Shown one piece after another: positions 60,216 through 64,000 of a stretch of 64,000 bases of DNA. The position numbers were made by a program, and so were the translations under genes. A model generated the notes under the pieces. It had not been told where the DNA came from, did not search any database, and saw only the letters and a program-made list of their open reading frames with translations. Each line of letters opens with the position of its first letter. Positions within the stretch are counted from its first letter, which is position 1. Origin of the DNA: Acidobacteriota bacterium (lineage in GTDB: Bacteria; Acidobacteriota; Vicinamibacteria; Vicinamibacterales; UBA2999); the NCBI GenBank assembly GCA_016789705.1, contig JAEUQR010000158.1:6550-70549 (forward strand), read 5' to 3'.

Positions 60216-62125
60216 TGTTCGGGCTCGGTTTCCTCGCCCCGGCGTTCCTCGCCGGCCTGCTCGCCGTGGCCGTGCCGATTGCGCTGCACCTCTACCGGCG
60301 CCGCACCGACCGCGTCGTCGACTTTCCGGCCGCGTCGATGCTGCCGCAGGCGCCGGTGGCGCAGCAGGAGCGGCGTCGCCTTCGCGACCTGCTGCTGCTC
60401 GCGCTGCGGGTCGCGGCGCTCGTGCTGCTCGCGGTGTCGTTCGCGCGACCCTACATCGCCGGCACGGAGACGCAGGTGGGGCGCGGGGCGACCATCGTGG
60501 CCGTGGACGTCTCGCTCAGCACGTCGGCGCCGGCGACGTGGGCGGCGGTGCGCGCGCGGGCGGCTGGCGCCATCGACGAGGCGCCAGCGGCCGACCTCGT
60601 GGGCCTCGTCACCTTCGACGATCGCGGGCACGTGGTCACCGCCCCGACGGCCGCGCGGAGCGAAGCCCGCGCCGCGCTGGACGCGCTCGTGCCAGGGGCC
60701 GGCGGCACGAGCTTTCCGGCCGGCGTCGGTACGGCCGTGGACGCGCTCCAGGGCGGTGGCGGCCGCGTTGTCGTCGTGACCGACCTGCAGCAGCGCGGCT
60801 GGCACGGCGTGGATGCCATCGACGTGCCCGATGGCGTGGACGTGTCAGTGGCGGCGGTGCCCGCGGCGCCGGCGAATCTGGCCGTGACGGCGATTCGCCG
60901 GGACGAGGCCATCACGGCCGTGGTGCAGAACTACGCGTCGGGGCCGCGCAGCGTCACCGCGCGTCTGCGCGTCGATGGCCGGGAACTGGCGCGTGCGGAG
61001 GTTGCGCTCGCGCCGCTGGCGGCGTCTGACGTGCGGTTCACCGCGGCGCTGCCATCGCGCGGCGTGGCCGATGTGTCGATCGACGACGCCGACGGCTTCC
61101 AGGGCGACAACGCGCGCTTCTGGCTGCTCGAGCCGCCGCGCCCCGTGACGGTGCTCGTGCTCACCGCCGACCCGCCGGAATCGGCCACGACCGGGCTGTA
61201 CGTGCAGCGTGCGCTCGAAGCCGCGGCCGACGACTGGCCGATGCGCGTCATCGTGGAAGACGGACGGCGGTATTCGGCGTCGGCCGCGGCCGAGCGGCCC
61301 GACGCGCTCGTGGTCATCGGCACCCGCACGCTCGACCGCCGCGGCCGCGATCGGCTGTCGTCGTACCTGCGCGACGGCGGCCGCGTGCTCCTCTCGCTCG
61401 GGCCCGACGTCGACGTGCCCACGCTCGGCGAGGTGCTCGGCGTGAACCTGCGGCTGCTGCCCGAGCCGGTGATCCCCGGCGCGGACGACGGCGCGATCAT
61501 CCCGTCCGATCGCCGGCATCCCGTCTGGCGGCAGCTGGCCAGCTCGCGGTCGGCGCTCGGCCGGCTGCCCATCGAGCGCTACCGCCAGGTGCTCGACGAT
61601 GCCGGCTGGGACGTGCTGGCGCGGTTTGCCGGCGGCGCGGTGGCCTTCGCCGAGCGCGACGTCGCACAGGGCACCGTGCTGCTCTTCGCCTCGGACCTCG
61701 ACAACCGCTGGAACCGCTTTCCCCTCGAGCCGGGCTTCGCGCCGTTCATCGCCGAGACCGCCGAGTACCTCACCCGTGATGTGCGCACCGCCTCCGCGTT
61801 CGTGCTGCCCGACGTGCCGGCGGCCGTGCCGGCCGAGCCCGGCGCGCATACGCGGCCGGCGGCGGCCGGCCAACCGGCCGCGGCGGTCGTCGTGAACATC
61901 GATCCCGCGGAAAGTGATCCCACGGCGACGACGGCCGAGGTGTTCGCCTCGCACGTGCGCACCACCGGGCGGGCCGAGCCGGCGCGCCTCACCGACGAAG
62001 CGCGGGCGCGCGAAGAGCAGCAGCGGCTGTGGCAGCTCGGCCTCGCCGCGATGCTGGCGTTGCTCGTGGCCGAGAGCCTGGTGGGACGCGTGACGCGCCC
62101 CCGCCGGGACGGCCAGAGCGGGTAG
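60215..62125 (+). CDS. BatA-domain / VWA membrane protein
   Basis: N-terminal P..L..LLA..VPI.LHL BatA motif, FARP, DVSLS MIDAS, TD, DN, C-terminal W..L TM. Confidence 0.85.
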   Translation: MFGLGFLAPAFLAGLLAVAVPIALHLYRRRTDRVVDFPAASMLPQAPVAQQERRRLRDLLLLALRVAALVLLAVSFARPYIAGTETQVGRGATIVAVDVSLSTSAPATWAAVRARAAGAIDEAPAADLVGLVTFDDRGHVVTAPTAARSEARAALDALVPGAGGTSFPAGVGTAVDALQGGGGRVVVVTDLQQRGWHGVDAIDVPDGVDVSVAAVPAAPANLAVTAIRRDEAITAVVQNYASGPRSVTARLRVDGRELARAEVALAPLAASDVRFTAALPSRGVADVSIDDADGFQGDNARFWLLEPPRPVTVLVLTADPPESATTGLYVQRALEAAADDWPMRVIVEDGRRYSASAAAERPDALVVIGTRTLDRRGRDRLSSYLRDGGRVLLSLGPDVDVPTLGEVLGVNLRLLPEPVIPGADDGAIIPSDRRHPVWRQLASSRSALGRLPIERYRQVLDDAGWDVLARFAGGAVAFAERDVAQGTVLLFASDLDNRWNRFPLEPGFAPFIAETAEYLTRDVRTASAFVLPDVPAAVPAEPGAHTRPAAAGQPAAAVVVNIDPAESDPTATTAEVFASHVRTTGRAEPARLTDEARAREEQQRLWQLGLAAMLALLVAESLVGRVTRPRRDGQSG

Positions 62126-62145
62126 GATTAGGGCAGCGAGTCTTC

Positions 62146-64000
62146 ATGGCCGACGAGCTCACGACGCTCAGGGCAGTCCTCGATGACATCGCACGCCGGC
62201 GGGCCACGCTGGCGTGGCGTCGGGGATGGGTCATGGGCGCGCTCGTCGCCACCGGGGTGCTGGCGGCGGCACGTCTTGCGCTGTGGGCGTTCGGGCCCAC
62301 CGGTGCGTCGTTCCTCCTGCTCATCGGGCTGGCGCTCGTCGTCGCCACGGCGGCGCTCGTCGTCGCGCTCAGGGCCGCCCGCGTCAGTTCCACGCCGGTG
62401 CAGGTGGCCCGCCTGCTCGAAGAGTGCCGCGGTGGCCTCGACGACGTCGTCGTCACGGCGGTCGACTACGCGGCGCGTCCCGACCATGCGACGCCCGTGG
62501 CGAATCGTCTGGCGACGGCGGCCCTCCGCGCCGTGGGCGCCGGGGGCGCGGATGCCGTGGTGCCGCCGGCATTGTTGCAGGGCGCCGGACGACGCGCCGT
62601 GGCGGCCGGGCTCGCGCTGGCGGCCGCGCTCGTCTTCATGGCCGGGCCGCTTGGCGACGCGGTGCAGGTGGCCGGGGCCTACGTGCTGCCGTCGCGGCTG
62701 GCGATCGTGGTCGAGCCCGGTGACGTGCGGGTGCGCGCCGGCCGCGCGGTGACCATTCGCGCGCGGCTCTCGGGCAGCGCCGCGCTCGCCCCGTTCCTCG
62801 TCGCCGGCGACGGCGCCGACGTCGTGCCGCAGCGCATGACGGCCACGGCCGACGGCGCCTTCGAGATCGTCGTCCCCGACGTGTCTGCGACCTTTCCGTA
62901 TCACGTCACCGCCGGGTCCGGACGCTCGAGCGCCTACACGGTCACCGTCGTGCATCCGGCGCGTGTCGAGCGCATCGACCTCGACTACGTGTATCCACCG
63001 GCCCTTGGCCTCGAGCCGCGTCGCGAGGAGGACGGCGGTGACATCTACGCGCCGGAAGGCACGGCCGTCACGCTGCGCATCACGGCCGATCGGCCCGTCG
63101 GTGCCAGTGCGCTCATGCTCGCCGACGGCACCCGCGTGGCCCTCGGCGTGAACGGCACGCTCGCCACCGGCGCGCTCACCGTGCGCACCGACGGCTCCTA
63201 CCGGATCGCGTTCGTGGACGACGACGGCGTCGAGATGCCGGACGACACCGAATACTTCATCCGCACGCTGCTGGATCGCCCGCCCGACGTGCGCGTCGTG
63301 CGTCCGGCCGGCGACAAGCAGGTGAGCCCGCTCGAGGAAGTGCTCATCGAGGCGCGGGCCGATGACGACTTCGGCGTGCGCAGCTTCGAGCTGGTCATGC
63401 AGAAGCCGGGCGACCAGGAAGTCGTGGTGCCGCTGGCCGGCAATGCGTCCGGCCTGACCGTGAACGGCGCGCACACGCTCTACCTCGAAGACCTCGAAGT
63501 GGCGCCGGGCGACATCGTGAGCTACTACGTGCGGGCCCGCGACATCGGCCGCGGCAAGCCGTCGTCGGAGTCACGCAGCGACATGTACTTCCTGGAGGTC
63601 AAGGCCTTCAACGACGAGTTCGTCGCCGCGCAGAGCCAGGCGATGGCCGCTGGCGGCCAGGCGCAGGGCGTGCAGGACCTCGCCGCCGCCCAGAAGGAAA
63701 TCGTCGTCGCGACGTGGAAACTCGACAGCCGCGGCAAACGCGCCAACCGTGAGAGCTCCGCCCGCGACATCGCCGCCATCGCCGATGCCCAGCGCGCGCT
63801 CGAACAGCGGGCTGCGAAGGAGGCCGGCAACCAGCTGCAGGCGGCCGGTGACAGCGGCGGCTCGCCGCGCCGGCGCCGTGGCCGCGCCACGCTGAACGGC
63901 GTGAGCGAGGATCCGATGGGCCTGGCCATCGAGGCCATGCGCCGCGCCACCGCGGAACTCGACAAACGCCAGACCACGCGCGCCATGCCGCACGAGATGG
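62146..64000 (+). CDS. Large membrane-anchored protein (DUF4175-like), truncated by the window end
   Basis: Open frame from ATG 62146 with no stop seen before the window end (absent from the ORF track); N-terminal TMs, D.PP.V, A.DDFGV, PGD.VSYY..ARD, then Q/A-rich coiled coil. Confidence 0.8.
   Translation, partial: MADELTTLRAVLDDIARRRATLAWRRGWVMGALVATGVLAAARLALWAFGPTGASFLLLIGLALVVATAALVVALRAARVSSTPVQVARLLEECRGGLDDVVVTAVDYAARPDHATPVANRLATAALRAVGAGGADAVVPPALLQGAGRRAVAAGLALAAALVFMAGPLGDAVQVAGAYVLPSRLAIVVEPGDVRVRAGRAVTIRARLSGSAALAPFLVAGDGADVVPQRMTATADGAFEIVVPDVSATFPYHVTAGSGRSSAYTVTVVHPARVERIDLDYVYPPALGLEPRREEDGGDIYAPEGTAVTLRITADRPVGASALMLADGTRVALGVNGTLATGALTVRTDGSYRIAFVDDDGVEMPDDTEYFIRTLLDRPPDVRVVRPAGDKQVSPLEEVLIEARADDDFGVRSFELVMQKPGDQEVVVPLAGNASGLTVNGAHTLYLEDLEVAPGDIVSYYVRARDIGRGKPSSESRSDMYFLEVKAFNDEFVAAQSQAMAAGGQAQGVQDLAAAQKEIVVATWKLDSRGKRANRESSARDIAAIADAQRALEQRAAKEAGNQLQAAGDSGGSPRRRRGRATLNGVSEDPMGLAIEAMRRATAELDKRQTTRAMPHEM

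Overview
A very GC-rich bacterial chromosomal window. The gene content (VWFA-related protein, carboxypeptidase-regulatory-like protein, TPR/peptidase-DUF4159-MoxR-DUF58-BatA operon, 'MARGWESK' protein) suggests Acidobacteriota, probably Vicinamibacterales; this is an inference. It holds about 59 CDS, mostly housekeeping or envelope genes (ndh, ispG, carD, rex, moaC, lepB, nuoI, lon, YitJ-like, OPT transporter). It also has one tRNA-Leu(CAA), a Phd/VapC toxin-antitoxin pair and one pseudogene. I saw no integrase, transposase, prophage or CRISPR array. Best candidates for under-described systems: (1) an operon encoding an Hpt-REC-REC-GGDEF-REC protein with a dead catalytic site but intact RxxD c-di-GMP I-site, a membrane HEAT-repeat protein and a processive GT2 synthase; (2) a solitary ketosynthase with a KS-alpha-like motif, clustered with an FAD oxidoreductase, two ICMT-family methyltransferases and a GT-C glycosyltransferase; (3) the MoxR envelope operon; (4) an exact 24-bp duplication of the tRNA 3' end resembling a collapsed att site; (5) a window-wide pattern of -10 boxes 5-10 nt upstream of start codons, suggesting leaderless mRNAs. 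All functional calls come from motif recognition by eye; no database searches were run.
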